From Candidatus Saccharimonadota bacterium (lineage in GTDB: Bacteria; Patescibacteriota; Saccharimonadia; Saccharimonadales; JAGQNJ01): a DNA stretch of 64,000 bases. A program made the translations under genes and the position numbers. The stretch spans positions 157,652 to 221,651 of the forward strand of contig DAISWO010000001.1 of the NCBI GenBank assembly GCA_036826295.1, read 5' to 3'. Position 1 is the stretch's first letter. The number at the start of each line of letters is the position of its first letter. Below the pieces are notes generated by a model that saw only the letters and a list, made by a program, of their open reading frames with translations, had not been told where the DNA came from and searched no databases. Shown here piece by piece: positions 9,385-19,186 of the stretch.

Positions 9385-9978
9385 ATGAGAGATCTAAAAG
9401 ATATTGAGAGAGAACTAATTAGTATCGGATCATATATTCGTTTTGTAGGAAGACCTGCGCTCCGCGAACTACCAAAGATATTAGTTGATGGAGAGAAGAT
9501 AAAACACTGTCTTAACATTCGATATGAAGGTGGCGTGGCATTGTTGTGTGTCACTAACTTTCGAGTTTTGCTAATTGATAAAAAGCCTTTTTTCTTGATG
9601 TTGGAGGACATTCGCTACGACATGATCATGGAAGTCGATTACGGATATCAGATGTTTAGTGGTCAGGTAAAGATGATAATGCCGAATAAAAAACTGACTT
9701 TTCGAGCTTTTAAAAAAGATCAACTAAGAGACATGACAACCTATGTACAAAATCGGGTTTTAACCTCTCGCCAGCAACACGATACCCAACACACAGTAAT
9801 CGCCGACAACAGACTAGTGCCGGATATGCCGATTGGTGCGCCAGCGGAAATTCAGCCAAATGAAGGGTATATTAGTAGCAATTTAGAAAATCCTGAAGTT
9901 TTGGTTTCTGTACCAAAAGCTATTCACCCGTATATTCAATCAACTTTAACGGTTAGAAAACAGCTGTCTAGATACTAG
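9385..9978 (+). CDS. hypothetical protein with bacterial PH-like (YokE/bPH_3-like) N-terminal domain
   Basis: GEKIKHCL...GGVALLCVTNFRVLLID pattern. Start moved to ATG 9385, preceded by AAAGGAGG. Confidence 0.5.
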   Translation: MRDLKDIERELISIGSYIRFVGRPALRELPKILVDGEKIKHCLNIRYEGGVALLCVTNFRVLLIDKKPFFLMLEDIRYDMIMEVDYGYQMFSGQVKMIMPNKKLTFRAFKKDQLRDMTTYVQNRVLTSRQQHDTQHTVIADNRLVPDMPIGAPAEIQPNEGYISSNLENPEVLVSVPKAIHPYIQSTLTVRKQLSRY

Positions 9979-9982
9979 AACA

Positions 9983-11065
9983 CTAGACGTTAAATCTAAA
10001 ATCGACAACATCTCCAGGTTTCATGATGTAGTCTTTGCCTTCAGTCCGGACTTTTCCGAGAGAACGGGCATTTACGAGAGTTCCTGCATCAATCAAATCT
10101 TGGTAACAAACAATTTCCGCAGCGATGAATCCGCGTTCAAAATCACCATGTATTACTCCCGCAGCTTGTGGGGCAGTGCTACCTTTTTTGATTGTCCAAG
10201 ATCGGACTTCTTTTGGTCCTGCAGTCAGATAGCTTTGTAGCCCTAGTACGTCATAAGCTGCGTGAATCAGCTTCACTAAGCCTGATTCTTTTTGACCGTA
10301 GCTCTCTAGTAGTTCGGCTGCGTCATTTCCGTCCAGATCTTTTAGTTGGTTTTCAAGTTCAGCACATACAAACAGGGCTTGGGAGGGCGCCACTAAATCG
10401 GCTAGACTAGACTGTAAATCCTTGTCGATAAGTCCGTTCTCATCAATATTAAATAGATATATTGTCGGTTTGGCAGTCAGCAGGTGGAGGTCCGAAATCA
10501 GATCAAAATCGATATCTTTAGCTGAGAAAAGCGGCGTTCCTTCATTGAGTAAATTATGTATACGATTTAGCTGTTCTACCTGAGATTTTAGCTTTGGGTT
10601 GGCTTTGGCTTCCTTTTGTAGTTTGGGTAATCTATTTTCTACTGTTTGCAAGTCAGCTAGTACTAGCTCTGTGTTAATAATATCAATGTCTTTTTTAGGA
10701 TTATGTTTTTCGTCAACATGGACAATATTATCGTTTTCAAATGCTCTAACTACATGGCATATTGCGTTTGTAGATCTAACATGTGATAAGAATTGATTGC
10801 CCAGTCCTTCTCCTTTACTAGCGCCTGCGACTAATCCTGCGATATCAACAAAGTCTACCGTAGAAGGGACAATTTTTTCTGAAGAATATATTTTTGATAA
10901 TTCTAGTAATCTTTCGTCGGGGACTGCTACTACGCCAGTATTTGGTTCGATTGTGGCAAAAGGGTAATTAGCGGCCAGTACGTTATTGCTAGTTAACGCA
11001 TTGAATAAAGTGGACTTGCCCACATTCGGAAGACCTACGATCCCAATGGATAATGACATGAACAA
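9983..11065 (-). CDS. ychF: ribosome-binding ATPase YchF
   Basis: GIVGLPNVGKSTLFNALT P-loop and C-terminal TGS-like end (DVVDFRFNV). Alternative start at 11059. Confidence 0.9.
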   Translation of the reverse strand: MFMSLSIGIVGLPNVGKSTLFNALTSNNVLAANYPFATIEPNTGVVAVPDERLLELSKIYSSEKIVPSTVDFVDIAGLVAGASKGEGLGNQFLSHVRSTNAICHVVRAFENDNIVHVDEKHNPKKDIDIINTELVLADLQTVENRLPKLQKEAKANPKLKSQVEQLNRIHNLLNEGTPLFSAKDIDFDLISDLHLLTAKPTIYLFNIDENGLIDKDLQSSLADLVAPSQALFVCAELENQLKDLDGNDAAELLESYGQKESGLVKLIHAAYDVLGLQSYLTAGPKEVRSWTIKKGSTAPQAAGVIHGDFERGFIAAEIVCYQDLIDAGTLVNARSLGKVRTEGKDYIMKPGDVVDFRFNV

Positions 11066-11235
11066 TATTTTAACAGAGGTGGGTGATTTATCCTAGCAAA
11101 AATTCTGAGAATAAGTTTGATTTCTAAATATGTTTGAGCAATCGATTTGACCCTACTTTATATATATGGCTACTAAATAGCTTTAACCATAAGCGCGGAT
11201 GCTGTATATTATTAGGTAATTAGAAAAATCAGAGT

Positions 11236-14200
11236 ATGAAAGACGATATTATTAAATCAGACCACGAATCAAACGAGCACCTCCGCGATGAGGATGCTAT
11301 TGACGTAGTGAAAGATAATAACCCAGAGATCATATCTGGCAATGGCAAGTCTTCTAAAAAACGACCAGTTATTATTGGCTTGGTACTATTGTTAGTAGTA
11401 GGATTAGGTCTTTTCCAGTGGCTAGTCCCCGGAGGGATACTCAACTCTGATAATAATGACCAACAAATAGAGCAAAGTATTGTAATTGGGGATACTACAA
11501 TCACACAGTCCGATGTTGATAGATACGCCAAAGGCATAGAAAACTATAAAAAACAACGACCGACTGTTGTCATAGAGGGAGAACCTAAGCAAGTTGCCCT
11601 TGATGATCTAATAATGCATGCCGCACTACTAAAGGAGGCTAAAGATAATAATTTGTCTCTGTCAGATACAGAACTTCGTGAGCTGTATAAAATCCCGTCA
11701 AAAACTTCAATAGACGATTATTATAAGTATAAAGAGGCTAACAAATCATCTGATGGAGTTGATTATTATGAGGGCGTAACGCAGGAAAATGGATTATTAC
11801 GCCAAAAATTAGAGAAAAAACTGATACGAGATCAAAATCTATTCTATGTGACTGTTAATTTTGACTCACCATTTTTTAATAAACAAAAAGACAAAGAAAA
11901 ACTACAAGAATTACACGACGAAGCAAAAACAAAATTACAGAATGATATATTGCCGTTGTTCGAGAAAGGTACATCTAAAGAAAAAATAATTGACAGTGTG
12001 GATGTAAATAATATCGGCACGACCAAACAAGATTTTACGAAAATTGCTGATTTGTACGCAAAACAACTGGTGGTCAGCGCTAACGAGATAAAGAATTATG
12101 CTTCTAATAACGAGAATGTTAGATATATCAACCTCAAGGAACTGGGCAAAACAGATGGTCAATCAGTATCACAATCTTTTAGAGATCTAGATGTTGATTA
12201 CGGTATTGAAGTCCCTGATCTAAAAAATACCAATGAAGAAATAGCCAAGTTACAAAAAGACGGTGACCACACGACTGTGTTTGCTTCAAAAACTGGTACC
12301 TATATGATTGCTCGGCTAGAAAAGACTGGTGGAGGTGATTATTCAACCTGGCAAGCATTTCTAGACAAGTACAAAAATGATTATGTACCGAAGGACTTCA
12401 AAGTTTCGTTATCCGCTGTACTCAATAAAGTATTCGCGGTTAGCGCCCAACCGTTTAATATAATTACTTCAGTGTTTGATCAGAAGGCAAAAGCCCAGGG
12501 TCCACCTGATGGTTGCGGAAACCATACCCTAGATATGTCTGTGGCTATGATTGATAGGTCTGGAGCCGGAGTTAACGGATCAGTCTATATCGGTCAACAA
12601 AATGGTACATATTGTCCTGGTAGCCCAAGAGTTACCGGTAATGGATATGCGTTAACTACAGGAAACTGTTGGAATGGTAACGCACCATATTTTGGCGGAA
12701 CGGCTCCATCGGGCTATAGGATTGTTGGCTACATCCCAGGTGATTACACGGTTGAAGGGGCCAATAATACTGGAGACTATAATGCCTATGTTGTTGTTGA
12801 ACGAACGAACAATAAGACAATAAGCGGTACATCGTCGATGGTTAGCGATGACGGGTCGAGCTTTGGTGGCGGAAGATCTGTGTTTAGCCATACAATAACT
12901 TACAGCAATCTTTATCCGTATTTAAGTAATGATTATGGTGTGTCGGGGAGTTGGAATGTGCCTGGTGGACAGAGTTCATATACGATTACTGCAAGTGCCC
13001 CAGGGAGCTTTACTACGAACCGAGGAACATGGACTGTTATTGGTTCGACGACCAAGGATCGACCAGCTAACGTCGGTAATAATTGGCACGCAGATATCCA
13101 GTTTAGATATACCTTATCGCAATGTACTGGTAACTGTTGTCCTGGGAGTACCGATCCTAGTTGTAATCCTCCGAATACACCAACCTGTAGTTTGTCAGTT
13201 AGCCCAGTAGGTACGCTAAATGCTGATGGCTCAGGAGAAGTTGTTGTGTCTTGGTCAAGTACTAATAACCAGAGCGGAAGTATTAGCCCTATAATTGGTA
13301 CTTTAGGTAGGGCCGGTGAAGCTGACAGTAGGTTTGGCGGATCTAGGCAGGTTCGTATTGATGGGCCAACTACTTTCACTGGTACTTGGAAAAACACCGA
13401 TGCTAATCCAGACAGGTCCGTATCGTGTAGCGATGGTACTGACAGCACTCCACAACCACCAAGCTCGCCGATGCTTCAACCGTATATGCGGGTTTACGGT
13501 AATGATGTGATTGTAGGGAGTGTCTTTAAAAATGATGCGGGGGTGTGTGATACTACCAGTATTAATCAGGGGATAACTGGCGTAACTGGATCCGAAATTG
13601 TCGATGATAAACGGGTATTTACTGGGGCATCTGGACAGTTTGCCGTATTCGATAACTCTTTAGGCAATGGACCTGACGCTCCCTATTATGGAAGTATAAA
13701 ACGATTCTTTAGCGACAATCAAAGATCTAATGCCTCTGTGGACAATTCTGGTACCCTAGGTAGTGGTCTTCCATTAGCGAATGATTTAACTTTCGGTAAC
13801 CACTATAGCAGATATATTGCGAATACTTTTGGTCGTGGTGGGGATAGCAACTATCCAGATTGGATTAAAATTAATAGTGGCAGAGTACCAGGGTATGGTG
13901 GTAATAGTGGCGTAGTGATGTGCATACCAAATTATTATGGCGACACACAGACAGCTGGCGCTACACCGGTGACTGGTGGAAAGCTAAGTGATATAGCCGG
14001 TAGTCTAACCAGCCCGATTGCTAACGGTCAACGAAAGGTCCTTCTAGTTAACGGCGATTTATTTATTGATAAAGATATAAAATATGAATATACATCGTGG
14101 AACAGTGTACCTGCAATCCCTAATGTCACAGTCATAGTAAAAGGCAATATCAGAATAGACAAAGATGTAACACAACTAGACGGAATCTATGTCGCCCAAC

Positions 14201-14571
14201 CAAAAAACTCTGATTCTGGTAATAACCCTAGAGATGGCGGGTTAATCTATACTTGTTCGCAACAAAATGATCCATACCCAGTGAGAGATTTAAGAGAAAA
14301 TTGCGGTAAACAATTAGTAATTAACGGATCATTTATATCTAAAAAAGTCATTTTCCATAGGACTAAAGGCTCCGTGCATTGCATGGAAGAGTTGCCGGCT
14401 ACAGTCCCTTGTACTCCGGCGGGGCCTAATGAACGGGCGAGTTCAGATAACATCGCTGAGGTCTTCAATTTTAGCCCAGAAGCATACTTAACACCACTAA
14501 GCTCAAAGCTTGAAACATCAGCTCCTTATCAAAAATATGATTATATAACCAGCTTGCCGCCAGTACTCTAA
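11236..14571 (+). CDS. 1111-aa exported/membrane-anchored protein: N-terminal TM, SurA/PrsA-like helical region, long Cys-, Gly-, Thr-rich extracellular region; function unknown
   Basis: Long uninterrupted ORF. TM at RPVIIGLVLLLVVGLGLFQWLV. No catalytic motifs recognised. It lies directly upstream of the pilus operon. Confidence 0.7.
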   Translation: MKDDIIKSDHESNEHLRDEDAIDVVKDNNPEIISGNGKSSKKRPVIIGLVLLLVVGLGLFQWLVPGGILNSDNNDQQIEQSIVIGDTTITQSDVDRYAKGIENYKKQRPTVVIEGEPKQVALDDLIMHAALLKEAKDNNLSLSDTELRELYKIPSKTSIDDYYKYKEANKSSDGVDYYEGVTQENGLLRQKLEKKLIRDQNLFYVTVNFDSPFFNKQKDKEKLQELHDEAKTKLQNDILPLFEKGTSKEKIIDSVDVNNIGTTKQDFTKIADLYAKQLVVSANEIKNYASNNENVRYINLKELGKTDGQSVSQSFRDLDVDYGIEVPDLKNTNEEIAKLQKDGDHTTVFASKTGTYMIARLEKTGGGDYSTWQAFLDKYKNDYVPKDFKVSLSAVLNKVFAVSAQPFNIITSVFDQKAKAQGPPDGCGNHTLDMSVAMIDRSGAGVNGSVYIGQQNGTYCPGSPRVTGNGYALTTGNCWNGNAPYFGGTAPSGYRIVGYIPGDYTVEGANNTGDYNAYVVVERTNNKTISGTSSMVSDDGSSFGGGRSVFSHTITYSNLYPYLSNDYGVSGSWNVPGGQSSYTITASAPGSFTTNRGTWTVIGSTTKDRPANVGNNWHADIQFRYTLSQCTGNCCPGSTDPSCNPPNTPTCSLSVSPVGTLNADGSGEVVVSWSSTNNQSGSISPIIGTLGRAGEADSRFGGSRQVRIDGPTTFTGTWKNTDANPDRSVSCSDGTDSTPQPPSSPMLQPYMRVYGNDVIVGSVFKNDAGVCDTTSINQGITGVTGSEIVDDKRVFTGASGQFAVFDNSLGNGPDAPYYGSIKRFFSDNQRSNASVDNSGTLGSGLPLANDLTFGNHYSRYIANTFGRGGDSNYPDWIKINSGRVPGYGGNSGVVMCIPNYYGDTQTAGATPVTGGKLSDIAGSLTSPIANGQRKVLLVNGDLFIDKDIKYEYTSWNSVPAIPNVTVIVKGNIRIDKDVTQLDGIYVAQPKNSDSGNNPRDGGLIYTCSQQNDPYPVRDLRENCGKQLVINGSFISKKVIFHRTKGSVHCMEELPATVPCTPAGPNERASSDNIAEVFNFSPEAYLTPLSSKLETSAPYQKYDYITSLPPVL

Positions 14572-14577
14572 AAATTC

Positions 14578-14608
14578 TTGCAACTAACATTAATGCTTAT
14601 GGTATAAT
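14578..14608 (+). promoter_or_regulatory. promoter upstream of pilM (TTGCAA ... TGgTATAAT)
   Basis: -35-like TTGCAA (14578-14583), 19-nt spacer, extended -10 TGGTATAAT (14600-14608). Confidence 0.4.
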
Positions 14609-14721
14609 TTATACCAAGTATGAGCATTAGTATTCTCTTGGTGGGATAAACAATACTCAGATTGGCATAACATGATAAAACATTTAAATATACCAAAAAA
14701 TAAATATAGGATTTTACAGTA

Positions 14722-15762
14722 ATGGGTTTGCTGAGCGGGTCAACGGATTTTTTTGGACTTGATCTGGGTACTACGGCAGCTAGAATAGTTCAGCTAAGTG
14801 GCAACGGTCCGACTAAACAGTTAGTTAAGTATGCTCAGGTTGCAATAAACAGCGACGTAGCATCCAGCGACTCTAATGCTGATCAACAAAAAGTTGCGCA
14901 GGCCCTGAAGGAGCTGATATCTACTACTCGAATTAATACTAGGGACGTTGCGGTCGGTTTACCGTCAAATAAAGTATTTACTACTGTGGTTGATATAGAC
15001 AGATTACCTGTGAACGAGCTAGCGAACGCTATCCACTACCAAGCGGATTCAATAATTCCTACCCCAATTGCTGAATCAAAGTTAGATTGGGCTGTGGTTG
15101 GTAACTCCCCTAAAGACAAAACCAAGCAAGAAATACTTCTAACCAGCGTTACTAATGAGTTCATCGAAAAACGGCTAGATATGCTCGAGTCTATCGGTCT
15201 TAATGTAATAGCCTTTGAACCTGATAATTTGGCCTTATCGCGAGCGCTACTATCGCCCGATGTAGCAAATCCCCAGATGGTACTTGATGTCGGCCATAAA
15301 TCGACAGACATTGTAATTGTAATGAATGGGGCGCCTAGACTAACACGTTCAATTCCTACAGGAGTAGAGGCTATAATTAGGTCTGCAACACAGAACTTGA
15401 GTATTGACGCTAAGCGGGCAGAACAATTCGTCTTTAAATTTGGCCTTGGCGAAGATAAATTAGAGGGCCAGATCTATAATGCAATTGTCGGTACCGTTGA
15501 GATCATAATGAATGATATCCAAAAATCTATAAAGTTTTTTAGCTCTCGATATAACGGTGCGACTCCAGAGCGGATTATAGTAAGCGGCGCAGCTGTTACG
15601 ATGCCTGATTTTCCCAAATATATCGCCAATGTAACAGGTTTGAACGTCGAAATAGGTAATACTTGGCGTAACGTGACTTATCCGTCCAATAAAACCAACG
15701 AATTAATGGCTATATCAAGTAATTTTGGTGTCGCTATTGGGCTAGCGGAGCGTAAGGCATGA
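14722..15762 (+). CDS. pilM: type IV pilus assembly protein PilM (actin-like ATPase fold)
   Basis: FGLDLGTTAARIVQL... N-terminus, length, and position before pilN. Confidence 0.85.
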   Translation: MGLLSGSTDFFGLDLGTTAARIVQLSGNGPTKQLVKYAQVAINSDVASSDSNADQQKVAQALKELISTTRINTRDVAVGLPSNKVFTTVVDIDRLPVNELANAIHYQADSIIPTPIAESKLDWAVVGNSPKDKTKQEILLTSVTNEFIEKRLDMLESIGLNVIAFEPDNLALSRALLSPDVANPQMVLDVGHKSTDIVIVMNGAPRLTRSIPTGVEAIIRSATQNLSIDAKRAEQFVFKFGLGEDKLEGQIYNAIVGTVEIIMNDIQKSIKFFSSRYNGATPERIIVSGAAVTMPDFPKYIANVTGLNVEIGNTWRNVTYPSNKTNELMAISSNFGVAIGLAERKA

Positions 15763-16451
15763 TTCAGTTCAATCTCCTACCATCAGTCAAACTAGAGTAC
15801 ATTAAAGCTCGTAGAACCAAGAGATTGGTTATGTCTATCGCCATTGTTGCTGGGTTATTCAGTTTTGCAATTTTTGGGTTGCTTTTTGTGAATGTTAATT
15901 TTCTTCAGACTGGCCACATCTCAAACCTAACTAAAGAAATTGAGGATAATACTAATCAGTTAAAAAGTATCGAAGATATCGATAAGGTTTTAACAGTACA
16001 GAATCAATTAACTGAACTTACAACGCTACACGAGAAAAAACCTGCTGCTGATAGGACTCTAACTTATATTAGTCAAGTGACCCCCCAAAAAGCTAGTACA
16101 TCTCAGGTAAGTGTAGATTTTGAACAGCAAACAATTAGTATTAGCGGCACAACCGATAGTCTAGTGACTGTTAACAAATTTGCAGACACCCTGAAGTTTA
16201 CAAAATATGTGGTAGGTGATAGTACTGATCAGATTAACGCGTTTTCAGATGTTGTTTTAGCGAATTTCAGTGTGTCAGACGACCAAACAACCTATCAAAT
16301 CGATCTAAAATTTAATCCAGAGATTTTCGATAATACGAAGTCTATTAAATTGTCTATTCCAAATATTATTTCGACTAGGTCGCAAACACAAAAGCCTAGT
16401 GATAATTTGTTTCAAAAACAACCAGACCCCACCAAAGAGGAAGGTAATTAA
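15759..16451 (+). CDS. pilN: type IV pilus assembly protein PilN-like
   Basis: N-terminal FNLLP motif followed by a single TM. ATGA-coupled to pilM. Confidence 0.7.
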   Translation: MIQFNLLPSVKLEYIKARRTKRLVMSIAIVAGLFSFAIFGLLFVNVNFLQTGHISNLTKEIEDNTNQLKSIEDIDKVLTVQNQLTELTTLHEKKPAADRTLTYISQVTPQKASTSQVSVDFEQQTISISGTTDSLVTVNKFADTLKFTKYVVGDSTDQINAFSDVVLANFSVSDDQTTYQIDLKFNPEIFDNTKSIKLSIPNIISTRSQTQKPSDNLFQKQPDPTKEEGN

Positions 16452-16453
16452 TA

Positions 16454-17116
16454 ATGAACAATAAAAATTCACAAAAACACACTCAAGTAGAAAAACTGAA
16501 TTCAGCAGTTGTGCTAACAGTTGCTGTTTCGGCATTTGTGATAGTGTTCGCCCTTGTTGCCTCGAGAGCTCTCTGGACTAAGATGAGTTATCAAAATCGA
16601 GTAATTTCAGCCAAGGAAGAAGCTCGAGATCAGCTTCGAGATAATATTGATCAGGTTGATGAGCTAGTAATAGCATATAAAGCATTTTCAGAGACTCCTA
16701 ATAATGTGCTTGGAGGGTCATCGAATGGAAAATCTGAGAATAGTGGGGATAATGCTAAACTCACCTTGGATTCATTGCCGAGTAAATATGACTTTCCAGC
16801 ACTTACAACTAGTGTCGAAAAGCTAGTTAAAAGTACCGGGAGTAAAGTTGGGAGTATTAGCGGAACAGACGACGAAGTTAGTCAACAGGATCAATCTAAA
16901 GAAGGGGTTATCGAAATCCCGTTTGACTTAACAGCAGAAGGAAATTATGCGAGTATTGTGAATTTGATGAAAGCCTTTAATCTATCCATTCGTCCTATTA
17001 GCATAAAAGCTATTGAATTTTCTGGTACAAATGAAGATTTTAGCGTCTCACTATCTGCAAAGTCATATTATCAGCCCGCAAGGACACTTGAAGTTACGAA
17101 GAAGGTAGTAAAATGA
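16454..17116 (+). CDS. PilO-like bitopic pilus alignment protein
   Basis: Single N-terminal TM, a coiled region, then an alpha/beta C-terminus. Call rests on position after pilN. Confidence 0.5.
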   Translation: MNNKNSQKHTQVEKLNSAVVLTVAVSAFVIVFALVASRALWTKMSYQNRVISAKEEARDQLRDNIDQVDELVIAYKAFSETPNNVLGGSSNGKSENSGDNAKLTLDSLPSKYDFPALTTSVEKLVKSTGSKVGSISGTDDEVSQQDQSKEGVIEIPFDLTAEGNYASIVNLMKAFNLSIRPISIKAIEFSGTNEDFSVSLSAKSYYQPARTLEVTKKVVK

Positions 17117-17361
17117 AACAAAAAGACATCGCGATTATCGTACTGGCCGTTGGTTTAAGTGGAATAATATCATTTTTCCTATCCAATCAATTTTTCGCAT
17201 CACCTAATGATTTAAAAACTAAGGTAGAGGTTGTAGAGCCAATAACTGCTGATTTTCCCGAACTAGATAAACGATACTATAATTCGAAATCTATAAACCC
17301 GACACAAGAAATTGTTATTGGTGACGAGAAGAATCAGCAACCATTTCAATCGCCGAATTAA
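17113..17361 (+). CDS. small bitopic membrane protein of the pilus operon (82 aa)
   Basis: TM helix IAIIVLAVGLSGIISFFL. ATGA-coupled to the upstream gene. Confidence 0.4.
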   Translation: MKQKDIAIIVLAVGLSGIISFFLSNQFFASPNDLKTKVEVVEPITADFPELDKRYYNSKSINPTQEIVIGDEKNQQPFQSPN

Positions 17362-17370
17362 GGACGTTAA

Positions 17371-19173
17371 ATGAGCGTCTTATCTGAAGATATCCAAAAT
17401 CAAGTCGAGAAATCTTTAATTGATGATAAATTGATATCGCTTGATGTCGCCAAAGAACTTCGTAAAAAAGCAAAAGACGACCAGGTGCCATTTATACAGC
17501 TATTAGTGTCTGAAGGCGGTGTTACAAACGAAGTGTTGACGAAAACTATCGCTAATGTGACCAACGTACCTTATGTTAACCTGACTAATGCCAAAATTGA
17601 TCCAGATGTTCTAGCTTTGCTTTCTCAAGATACTGCTGAGACCTACATGACTGTTCCTCTGGGTGAAATGCAGCATCGTCTGGTTGTAGCTATGTTGGAT
17701 GCAGATAACGTGCAGGCGATAGATTTTTTAGCTAATAAAATTGGACGTCCTTTAAAAGTATATGCAGCCAGCGAAGAAGGGATACGGCGCGTATTGGGTC
17801 AATACCAAACTAAGATCGATCAATCTGTTGCCAGAGACTTAAAACAAGATGATTTAATTGAGTCTCAATCAGAGGACGCCAAAGCTAATACGAAATCTCA
17901 ACGTGCTATCGAAAGTGTAGTTCAAGATTCTCCGATAAGTAAAGCTTTGTCAGCGATTTTGGAATATGCAGCCAATAACCGAGCTAGTGATGTCCATATA
18001 GAGCCATTGCAGAATGAGATTAGAATCAGGGCTAGAATTGATGGCGTTCTCAGAGAGATAATGAGGCTACCTAAATCTACGGAAGCGCCTCTTGTGTCTC
18101 GTGTCAAAATTCTGTCTAGCCTAAAGATTGACGAACACAGAATACCGCAAGATGGACAGTTTAGTGTGACAGTCGCTGGACGTGACATTGATCTGCGTAT
18201 TGCCATTAGTCCGGTCGTCTGGGGCGAGCAAGTAGTAATTAGATTATTAGATAAATCTGGCACAAGTTTGCAACTCGAAGACATGGGCTATATGGGTAGA
18301 TCATTAAATCGAATTCGAAAATCGTTGAAATACTCTAATGGGATGGTGCTTACTTCTGGGCCAACAGGATCAGGAAAGTCCACTTCTATGTATGCCTTGA
18401 TACAGGAGGTGAAAAACGACCAAGTCAATATTGTAACTCTTGAAGACCCTGTCGAATACAAAATACAAGGTGTTAATCAAATTCAGGTAAATAGTGATGT
18501 TGGCCTAAATTTTGCCGATGGTTTACGGTCTATTTTGCGCCAAGATCCAAATATCATCATGGTGGGAGAGATTAGAGATAAAGAGACTGCCCAGCTTGCA
18601 GTGCAGGCGGCCTTAACTGGACACCTTGTCTTCTCGACGCTGCATACTAATTCGGCTGCAGGCATATTACCTAGACTCCTTGATATGGGTATCGAACCAT
18701 TCTTGATAGCTTCAACTGTTAGGACTGTGATTGGGCAACGGCTAGTTCGTCGTATTAGCAGTGCGGAATCTGAAAGAGAAGCTTATCAAGCTAGTCAGAC
18801 AGAGATCCAAGCCATTCACGATACATTAGATCCAATCCTTCCAGAGAAGAAAGAAGATTTAAAAAAATTAGCAGAAGAACTAGGGTATAAAAGCTTGCCT
18901 ACAAGAGGGCAAAGCGCTTATACTTTGTATAAGGGCAAAGATAGTCCCGAAACGCCTGGTGGTTATAAAGGTAGAATGGGCTTGTACGAGGTTTTTGATA
19001 TCAATGACGATATACAAAATCTAATTCTCAAACATTCAACAAGTGCTGAGATCCAAAAAGCGGCTCAAGTACAAGGTATGATCACAATGAGGCAAGATGG
19101 ATATCTAAAAGCTCTGGCTGGATACACAACACTAGATGAGGTGAATCGCGTAGCCGGCGCTGGGGGCGCATAA
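17371..19173 (+). CDS. pilB: type IV pilus extension ATPase PilB (GspE family)
   Basis: N-terminal MshEN/GSPII_E_N-like domain, Walker A GPTGSGKST, and Asp/His boxes (MVGEIRD, TGHLVFSTLHTN). Confidence 0.9.
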   Translation: MSVLSEDIQNQVEKSLIDDKLISLDVAKELRKKAKDDQVPFIQLLVSEGGVTNEVLTKTIANVTNVPYVNLTNAKIDPDVLALLSQDTAETYMTVPLGEMQHRLVVAMLDADNVQAIDFLANKIGRPLKVYAASEEGIRRVLGQYQTKIDQSVARDLKQDDLIESQSEDAKANTKSQRAIESVVQDSPISKALSAILEYAANNRASDVHIEPLQNEIRIRARIDGVLREIMRLPKSTEAPLVSRVKILSSLKIDEHRIPQDGQFSVTVAGRDIDLRIAISPVVWGEQVVIRLLDKSGTSLQLEDMGYMGRSLNRIRKSLKYSNGMVLTSGPTGSGKSTSMYALIQEVKNDQVNIVTLEDPVEYKIQGVNQIQVNSDVGLNFADGLRSILRQDPNIIMVGEIRDKETAQLAVQAALTGHLVFSTLHTNSAAGILPRLLDMGIEPFLIASTVRTVIGQRLVRRISSAESEREAYQASQTEIQAIHDTLDPILPEKKEDLKKLAEELGYKSLPTRGQSAYTLYKGKDSPETPGGYKGRMGLYEVFDINDDIQNLILKHSTSAEIQKAAQVQGMITMRQDGYLKALAGYTTLDEVNRVAGAGGA

Positions 19174-19186
19174 GGAGGGGAATATT

